From contig QKGI01000064.1 in NCBI GenBank assembly GCA_003250475.1, forward strand, positions 1,629 to 65,628: a stretch of DNA of 64,000 bases. The letters run 5' to 3'. The position numbers and the translations under genes are program-made. The stretch is from Bacteroidota bacterium (GTDB lineage Bacteria > Bacteroidota > Bacteroidia > Bacteroidales > VadinHA17). Positions 1-9,818 of this stretch are shown here, one piece after another. The notes under the pieces are model-generated. The model was not told the DNA's origin. It saw nothing but the letters and a program-made list of their open reading frames with translations, and did not search any database. The first letter of the stretch is position 1, and the number at the start of each line of letters is the position of its first letter.

Positions 1-741
1 CCGTCGATAGACAAGTACAGGAACGATGTCCCGGCACAGAAGGAGATGAGTTCCGACAAAAAGATACCAGTCAGGGAACTGTTCGTCAAGTATATCTTCA
101 AGAATAAGATACTATGGCTGATAGCAATAGCCAATGTCTTTGTTTACCTCATAAGATACGGCATCGGCGACTGGGCCCCCACCTACTGTGAAGAGGCCGG
201 GCTCCTTACCAGTGAGCAGAGCAAGATGGCTTTCTCTCTTCATAACTATGCAGGTGTGCCCGGCATGATACTCATCGGATGGATATCTTCGAAGCTCTTT
301 AAGGGACGGTGTGCACCTGTTAACGTCATTTATATGGTCCTGGTGCTGTTCAGCATACTGCTTTACTGGAAAGCCGTTCCCGTGGCCTCTTTTCTCTCCG
401 GTACTTTCGGAACCGACATGGATCATACCAGGGTGACGGTGGTCTATTCGGCATTGATAGCAATAGGGTTCTTCATCTACGGCCCGGTGGCCCTAATAGG
501 CGTGCAGGCCATTAACCTGGTACCCAAGAATGCAGCAGGGACAGCCGCAGGGTTCGTCGGACTCTTCGGATACCTCCTGGGTGACGCCCTGCTGTCAAAG
601 GTGCTGATCGGGGCTGTGGCTGACAATATAAAACTGGGATGGGAAGCAACATTCTGGATCTTCATCGTCGCAAGCATACTGGCAGCCATCTTCTCTGCCA
701 CCACATGGAAAACAGAAAAATCAAGTTACCACGGACAATAA
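1..741 (+). CDS. MFS organophosphate:phosphate antiporter (GlpT/UhpC-like), C-terminal part; 5' end outside window
   Basis: Frame 1 is open from base 1 (no stop before the listed Met at 46). Multi-TM protein with GlpT/UhpC-like stretch 'LIRYGIGDWAPTY...YAGVPGMILIGWISSKLFKGR'. Heads a phosphoesterase cluster. Confidence 0.7.
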   Translation, partial: PSIDKYRNDVPAQKEMSSDKKIPVRELFVKYIFKNKILWLIAIANVFVYLIRYGIGDWAPTYCEEAGLLTSEQSKMAFSLHNYAGVPGMILIGWISSKLFKGRCAPVNVIYMVLVLFSILLYWKAVPVASFLSGTFGTDMDHTRVTVVYSALIAIGFFIYGPVALIGVQAINLVPKNAAGTAAGFVGLFGYLLGDALLSKVLIGAVADNIKLGWEATFWIFIVASILAAIFSATTWKTEKSSYHGQ

Positions 742-751
742 TACGAGACCA

Positions 752-1681
752 ATGAAAAGACTCATTTCAACGATCCTTCTTACATACATCTGCCTCACAG
801 CTGCAGTAAATGCCCAGACATACCGTGAAATAGACGGATGGTCACAGGAGATCAATGACAGGATTGAAGGGTTCCTCAACACTACCCTGGCCATGAACAT
901 CAGGAAGGTTGCTGTGTTTGACAGTGACGGGACGACCTTCGGGCAGGTGCCATATTACCTGGCAGACGAGGCGCTCTACCGGTATGCCGACCTGGTGCTG
1001 AAGGAGCGTAAGGACAAGGAGGCAAAGGAGAAACTGAAGATCATCGCGCGGATGGTTAAGGACGGTAATAACGTGGGCAAGCCATACGTGGAGGACAGGG
1101 TTCATTTCCTGGCAGGTCTGACCCAGGAAGAGATAGAACGTATCGGTTATGATTGTTTCACAGAGTCATACCGCGGAAAGATATACCCGGAGATGCTGCA
1201 ACTGGTGGCTAACCTTAAGGAGTACGGATTTGAGGTCTACATCCTTACAGCGTCGCCTGAATTCCTTTATCAGAAATTCGTTTCCGAACAGTACGGCATA
1301 CCTGTTACAAATGTTCTCGGCGCCAAATGTGTCGTCAAGGATGGGGTGACAACGGATGAGATCATCCTCCCTATTCCCCAGGATGATGGCAAGGCTCATA
1401 CCATCGAAACATTTATCAAGACCCGTCCGCTTATCGTCGGAGGAAACAGCCGCGGTGACATGGACATGCTGAATGAGTCGGCAGGACTGAAGATAGTTGT
1501 CAATCCTGATGATATCACCGTTCGCGGTCCGCAGGACGGCCCGATGAACGGATATACCGTCAGGAGCTACTGGGAAAAGGAGGGTGCCCTGATAGTTAAG
1601 TGCAACGATGTCAGGGACATGAAGGTGAAGTTTCACACGGAAGAGTGGAAGATAAGGCAAAACATAGCTAATCCTAAATGA
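752..1681 (+). CDS. Secreted HAD-superfamily hydrolase (SerB/HAD-IB-like phosphatase)
   Basis: N-terminal signal peptide 'LLTYICLTAAVNAQ'. HAD motif I DxDxT in 'VAVFDSDGTTF'. Late 'GGNSRGDMDML' resembles HAD motif IV. Confidence 0.6.
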   Translation: MKRLISTILLTYICLTAAVNAQTYREIDGWSQEINDRIEGFLNTTLAMNIRKVAVFDSDGTTFGQVPYYLADEALYRYADLVLKERKDKEAKEKLKIIARMVKDGNNVGKPYVEDRVHFLAGLTQEEIERIGYDCFTESYRGKIYPEMLQLVANLKEYGFEVYILTASPEFLYQKFVSEQYGIPVTNVLGAKCVVKDGVTTDEIILPIPQDDGKAHTIETFIKTRPLIVGGNSRGDMDMLNESAGLKIVVNPDDITVRGPQDGPMNGYTVRSYWEKEGALIVKCNDVRDMKVKFHTEEWKIRQNIANPK

Positions 1682-1690
1682 TACAGGTAT

Positions 1691-2875
1691 ATGAAGAGAA
1701 AAACAATAATACTCATGGCACTGCTCCCTCTCCTGGCAGCAGGCTGCGCTCAAAGCAACAGGGCCACTGACGGCAGTGTGCAGGATTATATGCCCGACAA
1801 CGCTGTCATAGCCCACCGCGGGACAGTATACTGGGCACCGGAACTGACTGAAGCGGCATTCCGCTGGGCGCGTAACATGGGCGCCGACTACGTCGAGCTT
1901 GACGTCCAGAGGTCAAAAGACAGTGTCCTGATAATAATGCATGACAAGACCTTCAAGCGTACCACAAACGTGGCAGACATTTTTCCCGGAAGGGAGAGCG
2001 ATCCGGTAAGTACATTCACCTTTGAGGAGATAATGCAGCTGGATGCCGGCAGCGCCTTCAACAGAAAGAACCCGGAACAGGCGCTGGAGAGCTTCGCAGG
2101 AGAGGATGTCCTGGCTTTTGAAGATGTCTTCCGCATAGCCGAAGGGAAACGGATAAAGCGTGATGCCGGTGGCAACCGCCTGTTCACAAGGGACGGGAGC
2201 GGGGTATATCACTTCGAATATGAGGCCGACCCCGCAGATAAAGGGCACAGACCGGGAGTGTACATAGAGATGAAGAGCCCTGATGACTACCCGGGCATTG
2301 AGGAGCAGGTATATGACCTGCTGACAGCCATTGACTGGAACCCGCTCGAGGGCGCTATCCCCGCTGCTGACGAGCCCTTCGTCAGAGAAGGCAGGGTAAA
2401 TGTCGGTAACACAAGGGGTAAGATACTGGTACAGTCCTTCTCACGCAACGGTATGATGAACCTGAAGAGAGTATTCAGGGAGGCAGTGCCCGCCAGCTTC
2501 CTGGTGTCAAACCCCAAAACAGATGAATTTGCAAAAGAGGAGGTGATGGACGAGATTGTGAAATATGCGACTGAATGCGGAGCCCAGTTCATAGGTACCA
2601 ACCTGGGTGAGGTGAATGACGGCCTCTCCCCTGCCTTTGCCGGGAAGATCCATGCGGCAGGGCTGAAAGCCAACATATATTCTATCAACACCATCGAACA
2701 GATGGAAAAATATTTCGGCCCGGGCAAAGGGGCCAAAGCCGCTCCGCTGGCTGACGGCATGATCACCAACAGGAGCGACCTGACGATAGATTTCTACGCA
2801 GGCAGGCAGGTGCGCAAATATGGCACGGAGCAGACGCCGCAGGAGGTTCTAGCCGACCTGGGATATAAACAGTAA
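1691..2875 (+). CDS. Glycerophosphodiester phosphodiesterase (GDPD family) lipoprotein
   Basis: Lipobox 'LLAAGCAQ'. GDPD signature 'IAHRGTVYWAPELTEAAF...GADYVELDVQRSKDSVLIIMHD'. Confidence 0.8.
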   Translation: MKRKTIILMALLPLLAAGCAQSNRATDGSVQDYMPDNAVIAHRGTVYWAPELTEAAFRWARNMGADYVELDVQRSKDSVLIIMHDKTFKRTTNVADIFPGRESDPVSTFTFEEIMQLDAGSAFNRKNPEQALESFAGEDVLAFEDVFRIAEGKRIKRDAGGNRLFTRDGSGVYHFEYEADPADKGHRPGVYIEMKSPDDYPGIEEQVYDLLTAIDWNPLEGAIPAADEPFVREGRVNVGNTRGKILVQSFSRNGMMNLKRVFREAVPASFLVSNPKTDEFAKEEVMDEIVKYATECGAQFIGTNLGEVNDGLSPAFAGKIHAAGLKANIYSINTIEQMEKYFGPGKGAKAAPLADGMITNRSDLTIDFYAGRQVRKYGTEQTPQEVLADLGYKQ

Positions 2876-2888
2876 CGGAGAGGGATAG

Positions 2889-4838
2889 ATGCCAGAGATA
2901 AGGAAAATACTAATCATTCTTTTCGTGGCGGTGATGACCGCCTGTGCAGGGTGCAGGGAAGAACCCCTTCCACCAGAGGAGGAAGGACTTAATATTACAG
3001 GTATCTCGATCCCGTCGAGCATCAATGTGGCTCCCGGGGGTGAGATCACCATAACGGGCAAAGGCTTTGCTGCCGGCGACAGGATTGAGTTTGTATTAAC
3101 CAGCGACCCTGGCAAGGTTTACAGCAGCACAGTGACGGCCGTCACCGCCACGGGCGCCACCCTGGCACTGCCTGCAGGTATCTCGTCAGGCTCTTACAGC
3201 CTGACGGTGATTCGCGGTGACGAGAGCATGTTGCTTGGCACACTGACAATAAATGTCATTGCTGACAGTACCATCCCCGACAAGCCCGGGATGACATTAA
3301 AGGGAGTGGTGTATTGTGACGGTGAGGGAGTAGCAGGGGTGGTTGTTTCCGACGGAGTGGAGGTAACGGTTACTGACAGCCAGGGAATATATTACCTCCC
3401 TTCTGCCAAAGCCAACGGTTTTGTCTTCATCTCCCTGCCCGCCAACTATGAGATCGCCGCCAGCGATAACATACCTCAGTTCTTCGCACGGCTGTCGGGA
3501 GGCACTGCTGTTGAACAGCATGACTTCTCACTGCTGCATACCGACAACAGCAAACATGTCGTCATTCCAATGGCAGACTGGCACCTGGCCAACCGCAACA
3601 ACGACCTTACACAGTTTGCTGCCGGGTTTATCCCCGACGTAAATTCTACCATCGGCACCTATACCGCCGAAGGCATAAAGGTATACGGGGTACCCCTGGG
3701 CGACATGACATGGGATCTCTACTGGTACGACAATAATTTCAGGCTGCCGGATTACCTTACCGAGATGAAGAAGGTCAACTGCCAGATGTTCAATGTGATG
3801 GGCAACCATGACAATGATCCGTATGTAGCCTCCGACAGGGGCGCCGAGGAACCGTTCAGGGACATCCTCGGTCCCACATATTACTCCTTTAATCTCGGCG
3901 ATGTCCATTATGTCGTGCTTGATAATGTGCAATATATCAATGCCGGGGGCACGCAGGGGGTTGTGGGCGACCGCGATTACAACGATGTGGTGATCTCTGC
4001 ACAGACCGGCTGGCTGGCAAAGGACCTGGCAGCCGTTACGGATAAGAACAGGCCTCTTGTGATCTTCATGCACACGCAGCTGTATACCAACCCGACACTG
4101 AACGCATCAGGGGAGCAGGTAAGCAGCTTCGCCCTGGATAACGGAAGTACTCTCTATTCGCTCCTAAGCGCTTTCAGCGAGGTGCATGTGGTCACCGGAC
4201 ACACACACATCAATTACAATGTGGAATCAGGTAATGTGACGGAACATAATACTGCCGCAGTATGTGCCACCTGGTGGTGGACCGGCAAGACCGGCTATGC
4301 CGGCAACCATATCTGCAAGGACGGCAGTCCCGGCGGATATGGAGTGTGGGAAGCGGACGGCACAGGGCTGAAATGGTACTATAAGAGTATCGGATATCCG
4401 AAGGACTACCAGTTCAGGAGCTATGATCTCAACACCGTACAGATCACTGCTGCTGCATTCGCTCCCAACTCTACGGATGAAGCGCTGGCTGATTACGCAG
4501 ATGTCTATGCCAGTTCTAACCAGGTCAATGACGTCCTTCTGAATGTATGGGGATATGACCCTGGCTGGACCGTTGAGGTAAAGGAGGGTGAGACTCCTCT
4601 TACAGTTGAGCGGGTGACAGCCAAAGACCCGCTGCACATTATCTCATATGAAGCATTAAGACTGAACGCCGGTGCTGTTCCCACCAGCTCATTTGTCACC
4701 GGTAACACCGCTCACATGTTCAGGGTGAGGGCATCATCGGCTACCTCAACATTGGATATTACCGTTACCGACAGGTTTGGGAATGTGTACAGTGAGACAA
4801 TGACCCGGCCCAAGGAGTTCACATGGTCTATGCAATAA
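2889..4838 (+). CDS. Calcineurin-like metallophosphoesterase lipoprotein with N-terminal Ig-like (IPT/TIG-type) domain
   Basis: Lipobox-like 'VMTACAGC'. Metallophosphatase motifs 'GDMTWD', 'GNHDND', 'FMHTQ', 'GHTHINY'. N-terminal beta-rich region 'ITGISIPSSINVAPGGEITITGKGF'. Confidence 0.75.
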   Translation: MPEIRKILIILFVAVMTACAGCREEPLPPEEEGLNITGISIPSSINVAPGGEITITGKGFAAGDRIEFVLTSDPGKVYSSTVTAVTATGATLALPAGISSGSYSLTVIRGDESMLLGTLTINVIADSTIPDKPGMTLKGVVYCDGEGVAGVVVSDGVEVTVTDSQGIYYLPSAKANGFVFISLPANYEIAASDNIPQFFARLSGGTAVEQHDFSLLHTDNSKHVVIPMADWHLANRNNDLTQFAAGFIPDVNSTIGTYTAEGIKVYGVPLGDMTWDLYWYDNNFRLPDYLTEMKKVNCQMFNVMGNHDNDPYVASDRGAEEPFRDILGPTYYSFNLGDVHYVVLDNVQYINAGGTQGVVGDRDYNDVVISAQTGWLAKDLAAVTDKNRPLVIFMHTQLYTNPTLNASGEQVSSFALDNGSTLYSLLSAFSEVHVVTGHTHINYNVESGNVTEHNTAAVCATWWWTGKTGYAGNHICKDGSPGGYGVWEADGTGLKWYYKSIGYPKDYQFRSYDLNTVQITAAAFAPNSTDEALADYADVYASSNQVNDVLLNVWGYDPGWTVEVKEGETPLTVERVTAKDPLHIISYEALRLNAGAVPTSSFVTGNTAHMFRVRASSATSTLDITVTDRFGNVYSETMTRPKEFTWSMQ

Positions 4839-4872
4839 CCCAATATATATCACAAACTAAAACCACTAATCT

Positions 4873-7800
4873 ATGAAATTCAAACCAGATCTTAAGATTG
4901 TTCTTGCCACTCTCCTGATGGCACTGGTCATGTTGCCGGTGTCGGCGCAGGACAGGCAGGTGACAGGTACAGTTTTTGAGCCGGACGGTGTCACCCCGGT
5001 CTTCGGGGCCACCATAGTGCTTAAAGGGACTGCCACCGGTACCAGCACTGACAGCAAGGGTACCTATTCTATCAGGGTGACGGGCATAAACCCGGTGCTC
5101 GAGATACAGTTCCTGGGCTACATCAAACAGGAGATACCGGTGGGTGACAGGAGTGTCATCAATGTAACACTCCAGGAGGAAGCTATTGAGGTGTCAGCTG
5201 TTGTTGTCACTGCCCTGGGTATCACACGTGAAGAGAAATCTCTCGGATATGCCGTTACCAAGGTTGACAATTCTGATATCACACAGACTGTTGCCAGCAA
5301 CTGGCTCAACGGTATGTCAGGCAAGGTTGCCGGTCTTACCTTCAACAGCGCCAGTACCGGGCCCATAGCATCGATGCGCGTAACCCTCCGCGGGGACCAG
5401 TCGCTCAATTACGGTGCCAACGAAGCTCTCTTTGTCGTTGACGGCATTCCTATACGGTCAGGGACGACGGCCACCTCCTCAAGCAGTCCGTACACCAACT
5501 CGGGAGCCGACTTCCCCGTTGACTTCGGCAACGGCGCCAGCGACATTAATCCTGATGACATTGAGACCGTCTCGGTACTTAAAGGACCTGCAGCCACTGC
5601 CCTTTACGGCTCGCGCGCTGCCAACGGCGCCATAGTCATAACAACCAAGTCGGGACGCAAAGATAAAGGCATAGGCGTCACCGTCAACTCGTCGATGGTT
5701 GTCGAGAGAGCTGGATACTGGCCTGATTTCCAGACTCAGTATGGCTCCGGCTCAGACATGGGACTGAACGAATTCTGCTTCTGGACACTTGACCCGAGCC
5801 TTGTCGGCACTACCGACTACCCTTCCAGGAACCTCTCGCGTTACGCATGGGGTGAAGAGTTCAGTGAGGACAAGCTCCGTTACCAGTATGCGGGCAAAGA
5901 CTGGGAGACAGGAATGATCACAGCCACTCCTTTCGTTTACCAGGACGACTGGTTCACAGGGATATTCCAGGATGGTGTAACCCTTAACAACTCGATCGCT
6001 ATCAGCGGCAGCAACGGCGAGGGTACCAACACACGTTTCTCGGTCACGGATACACGTAACAAATGGATCCTGCCCAATACCGGGTTCAATAAGCAGGCCT
6101 ATGCTTTTTCCTTTGAAACACCCGTTAACAGATGGGTTGATTTCCAGACGAAAGTAAATTACTATCGTACTCAAAGCGACAATATGCCTATGGCAGGTTA
6201 CCATCAGACAACAGTGATGTATGACCTGATGTGGGGTTACAACTCAAACTCGATGAATGACTGGAAAACCGAATATTTTGAGGGCAGGTTCAACGAGATC
6301 AACAGGCTTGCCACGATATCGGAGAACGGTAATAGTCTCGTTGTTGCAGGCACCGGGTCATACAACCCCTACAGGGTACTGTATGAAGAGCTTAACTCCA
6401 CTGACAAGGACAGGGTGTTCGGCACCGCAGGCTTTACCGCCCGCCTGGCCGAAGGGCTCACTCTCGATGTCAAATCGGGAATGGATATGAGTACAGAGTT
6501 CCGGACCCAGAGAAAACCCAAGCTGACGTATGTCTGGAACAATGGTTTCTACAGGGAACAGTCGCTTGCCAATTTTGAGTTTAACACCGACTTCCTGCTA
6601 AGATACAAAAAGGATTTCTTTGAAGGCAGGCTTACCTCAACCGCCGCCTTTGGCGGAAATAATATGGTCCGTAAGTACAGAAGCAACACTGTTCAGCTCG
6701 ATGAACTGGATATTGATGGCATATACCATACCAATAATGTCCCCACGGGCATCAACCCCGATCCTTCAAACTACAGGAGTATCAAGGTGATTAACAGCCT
6801 GTACGGCTTCCTTAACTTCGGATGGAGAAACACCTATTTCCTTGACATAACAGGCCGTAACGACTGGTCGAGCACACTGTCAAGAGATTACTGGTCATAC
6901 TTCTACCCCTCGGTTGCTGCGAGCGTGTTGCTCGACCAGGCTTTCGACTTCGCAACAAACCTTCCGTTTGTCTCCTTTGCCAAGCTTAGGCTGTCATGGG
7001 CAAATGTCGGTAATGACACCAATCCCTATTCACTTGACCAGTACTACTCGGCCTCGTCAATCAGTGGCGGTCACACACTGCCGTCAGACATTACCGACCC
7101 GATGATCAAGCCTGAGAATATTGAGAGCTGGGAGCTGGGACTTGATGCCAGGTTCCTGAAAAACAGGCTTGGTTTTGACCTGGCGCTTTATAACTCGTCA
7201 GCCACAAACCAGATAATAGAAGTTGATGTTGACCCGATAGTAGGTATCTCATCAATAGAAATAAACTCGGGAGAGATCAACAACAAGGGTATCGAGGTAT
7301 CTATGTTTGCCACACCGGTCAGGACCAGGGACTTTACCTGGGACCTTAACTTCAACTGGGCAAAGAACAAGAACACGCTGGTCAGCATGAATGAGGGTTA
7401 TAACCCGGACCAGCCTATTGAAACCAACATGGGAACAACCATCGGGGGAAGATTACACGTCTATTCATATGTCGGGCAGGAGATGCATCAGATTTATGGC
7501 TTTGCCCTCCAGAGAGCCCCGGAAGGTTCTTACTATATCGATGACAACGGCAAGCAGGTCGACTGTTCAGGCATGGTCATCCTTGATGCCACGACAGGCC
7601 TGCCCTCGGTGGAGGCAACGGCTGACCACTTCCTCGGAAAGGTCAACCCCGACTGGAGAGGCGGCTTCAGCACCTCACTGAGATACAAGGGCCTTTCACT
7701 GAACATGGTATTCTCATACCAGTGGGGCGGACACAGGTATTCCGTCACAGACGGTATCCTCTCATACCAGGGCAAGCTCACCAACTCACTTGAAGGCCGT

Positions 7801-8205
7801 TATGACGGGATCGTGGCAGAAGGAGTAAATGTGCTGTCAACAAACGACGACGGTTCTGCTGTATGCCAGGTCAACAATACCGTAACGAGCAATATCTACA
7901 CCTACTACCAGTCGCGTACACTCGATCGTTACCTGGGTGAAGCCCACACATACAGCACCTCTTTCCTTAAGTTCAAGGAGGTAAGACTTGAATACGCCCT
8001 TCCTGCTGCACTCTGTAGCAAGACAAACGTGCTGCAGAATGCCAGCATTGCTGTCTTTGCCACCAATATATTCAGCTGGGATAAGTGGCCGCAGTTCGAT
8101 CCTGAAGGTGGTATAATGACCGGCACTAATGTCTTCAACGGTATTGAAGCCGGTGCGTTCCCTATGACCCGCACCCTGGGTGTTAACCTGAAACTGTCAT
8201 TCTAA
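4873..8205 (+). CDS. SusC/RagA-type TonB-dependent outer-membrane transporter
   Basis: 1110 aa. CarboxypepD_reg-like N-terminus 'VTGTVFEPDGVTPVFGATIVLKGT'. Plug motifs 'DGIPI' and 'SVLKGPAATALYGSRAANGAIVITTKSG'. C-terminal beta-barrel ending in F. Followed by SusD. Confidence 0.9.
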   Translation: MKFKPDLKIVLATLLMALVMLPVSAQDRQVTGTVFEPDGVTPVFGATIVLKGTATGTSTDSKGTYSIRVTGINPVLEIQFLGYIKQEIPVGDRSVINVTLQEEAIEVSAVVVTALGITREEKSLGYAVTKVDNSDITQTVASNWLNGMSGKVAGLTFNSASTGPIASMRVTLRGDQSLNYGANEALFVVDGIPIRSGTTATSSSSPYTNSGADFPVDFGNGASDINPDDIETVSVLKGPAATALYGSRAANGAIVITTKSGRKDKGIGVTVNSSMVVERAGYWPDFQTQYGSGSDMGLNEFCFWTLDPSLVGTTDYPSRNLSRYAWGEEFSEDKLRYQYAGKDWETGMITATPFVYQDDWFTGIFQDGVTLNNSIAISGSNGEGTNTRFSVTDTRNKWILPNTGFNKQAYAFSFETPVNRWVDFQTKVNYYRTQSDNMPMAGYHQTTVMYDLMWGYNSNSMNDWKTEYFEGRFNEINRLATISENGNSLVVAGTGSYNPYRVLYEELNSTDKDRVFGTAGFTARLAEGLTLDVKSGMDMSTEFRTQRKPKLTYVWNNGFYREQSLANFEFNTDFLLRYKKDFFEGRLTSTAAFGGNNMVRKYRSNTVQLDELDIDGIYHTNNVPTGINPDPSNYRSIKVINSLYGFLNFGWRNTYFLDITGRNDWSSTLSRDYWSYFYPSVAASVLLDQAFDFATNLPFVSFAKLRLSWANVGNDTNPYSLDQYYSASSISGGHTLPSDITDPMIKPENIESWELGLDARFLKNRLGFDLALYNSSATNQIIEVDVDPIVGISSIEINSGEINNKGIEVSMFATPVRTRDFTWDLNFNWAKNKNTLVSMNEGYNPDQPIETNMGTTIGGRLHVYSYVGQEMHQIYGFALQRAPEGSYYIDDNGKQVDCSGMVILDATTGLPSVEATADHFLGKVNPDWRGGFSTSLRYKGLSLNMVFSYQWGGHRYSVTDGILSYQGKLTNSLEGRYDGIVAEGVNVLSTNDDGSAVCQVNNTVTSNIYTYYQSRTLDRYLGEAHTYSTSFLKFKEVRLEYALPAALCSKTNVLQNASIAVFATNIFSWDKWPQFDPEGGIMTGTNVFNGIEAGAFPMTRTLGVNLKLSF

Positions 8206-8222
8206 TCATTAACTGACACGAA

Positions 8223-9800
8223 ATGAAAAAGTTGAAAATAATCATAATATGTGGGTTTGTACTGGGTTCACTCTTCTCATGCACAAGAAATTTTGAAGAG
8301 ATCAATACCAATCCCAACAAGACTACCGTGGGCATGATTCAAGCCTCCGGTATGTTCGAGCCTATACTTTACAACTCAGCCAACCAGTGGCTTTACCGTA
8401 CCTGGTACTATAACGATGAGCTCATCCAGTTCACCGCTTTCACCGGGGGTGTGACAAGAAGGGAGCACCAGTATTTCCTTGAGGATTCAAGAGACTGGTA
8501 CGGGTTCTGGAACCACTATGCCACCTATGGCAAGAACGTGGACCATATGTACGATCTGGCCGTGGAACAGGGAGACGAATCACTTGAGGCCATAGCACTC
8601 ACTTTCAAGGTATTGTTCTTTGCCAACATGACTGACATGTTCGGCAGCGTGCCCTATGTTGAGGCCTTTACAGGAAGAAAGCTGGGCGGCACCCTCACAC
8701 CGGTGTTCAACACCCAGGAGGAGATATACCAGCTGATGTTCGAAGACCTTGAGGAGGCCAACGCCATCTATGCCACCAACCCTGTCTTCCTGATCCCCTC
8801 GATGGACGGTATGTACGGAGGTAACATGGCTGCCTGGAGAAAGTTCAACAACTCACTCTACCTGAGGCTCCTCTGCAGGATAAGCGGCAGGTCGGAGATG
8901 AATGCAGGGGCGAAAATGACAGAGATACTCAACAATCCTTCAACGTATCCTATTTTTACTTCCAACGCTGATAATGCTGCAGTGAAATTCACAGGCAATG
9001 ATCCGTATATAAGTGAATTCGGGACTACGACAGAGAGTGACTTCACCTCCAGCGGGAGGAAGCTGACTGAACAGCTTATCAAAATGACCGTCGAGACTGA
9101 CATCAACGGCAACCAGGTCTATGTTGACCCCCGTCTGCCGGTCATCGGCAAGAAAAACCCGAATGCCGTTGTCAACCCCGATAACATATGGAAAGGAACG
9201 GTATCAGGATGCACTGATCTCGAGAGAAGTACTGTCGACATCGGCACCTCATGGCTCAATTACAGGATTTTCTGCAGGAAGGATGCCCCGGCCACATATA
9301 TGGATTATGCAGAGACGCGTTTCATCTTTGCTGAAGCTGCACTTAAGGGCTACATCGCAGGAGGACAGGCTGCTGCAAAGAACTATTATGAAGCCGGAGT
9401 AAGGGCATCGATGGAGAAATGGTCGGAGCAGGGAGCCTACTCAGACCCTGCAGTTACTATCACCTCCGCAGAGGTTGACGCCTACCTGGCCTCTTCTCTC
9501 GGCTCATGGGATCTTGCTGCCGACAAGGAAGAGTTCCTCGGCAACCAGAAATACCTGGCTCTCTTCTGGGTGGGTATGGAGGCCTATCATGAATACCGCA
9601 GGACCGGCTACCCGGTGCTGACCATCGGGGAGGGCACGATCTATAACGACCATGTTCTGCCCACCCGCCTAGGATACCCCAATATCACCATCACTACCAA
9701 CAGTGCAAATGCAAATGCAGCCCTGGAGGAGATGGGTGGCCCGAACGACATGAAGACACCGGTATGGTGGAGCAAACAGGCTATCACCGGAGGCAAATAA
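8223..9800 (+). CDS. SusD-like outer-membrane lipoprotein
   Basis: Lipobox 'GSLFSC'. 525 aa TPR-like helical protein immediately downstream of SusC. 'YHEYRRTGYP' motif typical of the SusD-like_2/3 group. Confidence 0.85.
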   Translation: MKKLKIIIICGFVLGSLFSCTRNFEEINTNPNKTTVGMIQASGMFEPILYNSANQWLYRTWYYNDELIQFTAFTGGVTRREHQYFLEDSRDWYGFWNHYATYGKNVDHMYDLAVEQGDESLEAIALTFKVLFFANMTDMFGSVPYVEAFTGRKLGGTLTPVFNTQEEIYQLMFEDLEEANAIYATNPVFLIPSMDGMYGGNMAAWRKFNNSLYLRLLCRISGRSEMNAGAKMTEILNNPSTYPIFTSNADNAAVKFTGNDPYISEFGTTTESDFTSSGRKLTEQLIKMTVETDINGNQVYVDPRLPVIGKKNPNAVVNPDNIWKGTVSGCTDLERSTVDIGTSWLNYRIFCRKDAPATYMDYAETRFIFAEAALKGYIAGGQAAAKNYYEAGVRASMEKWSEQGAYSDPAVTITSAEVDAYLASSLGSWDLAADKEEFLGNQKYLALFWVGMEAYHEYRRTGYPVLTIGEGTIYNDHVLPTRLGYPNITITTNSANANAALEEMGGPNDMKTPVWWSKQAITGGK

Positions 9801-9818
9801 CCGCAAAAATATCTAGAG

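Noticed and set aside
1166-1816. Long antisense ORFs inside confident genes (e.g. 1166..1816, 3528..4073, 5752..6204, 19327..19782, 21542..22021, 24618..25367, 27670..28236, 34924..35373, 37692..38336, 43220..43744, 43757..44356, 45298..45804, 51444..51959, 52001..52522, 53718..54152, 59115..59564)
   Set aside because: Each is fully embedded opposite a gene with clear family motifs. They have Arg/Ser/Pro-rich or otherwise atypical composition and no motifs, which is typical shadow-ORF behaviour in moderately GC-rich DNA.
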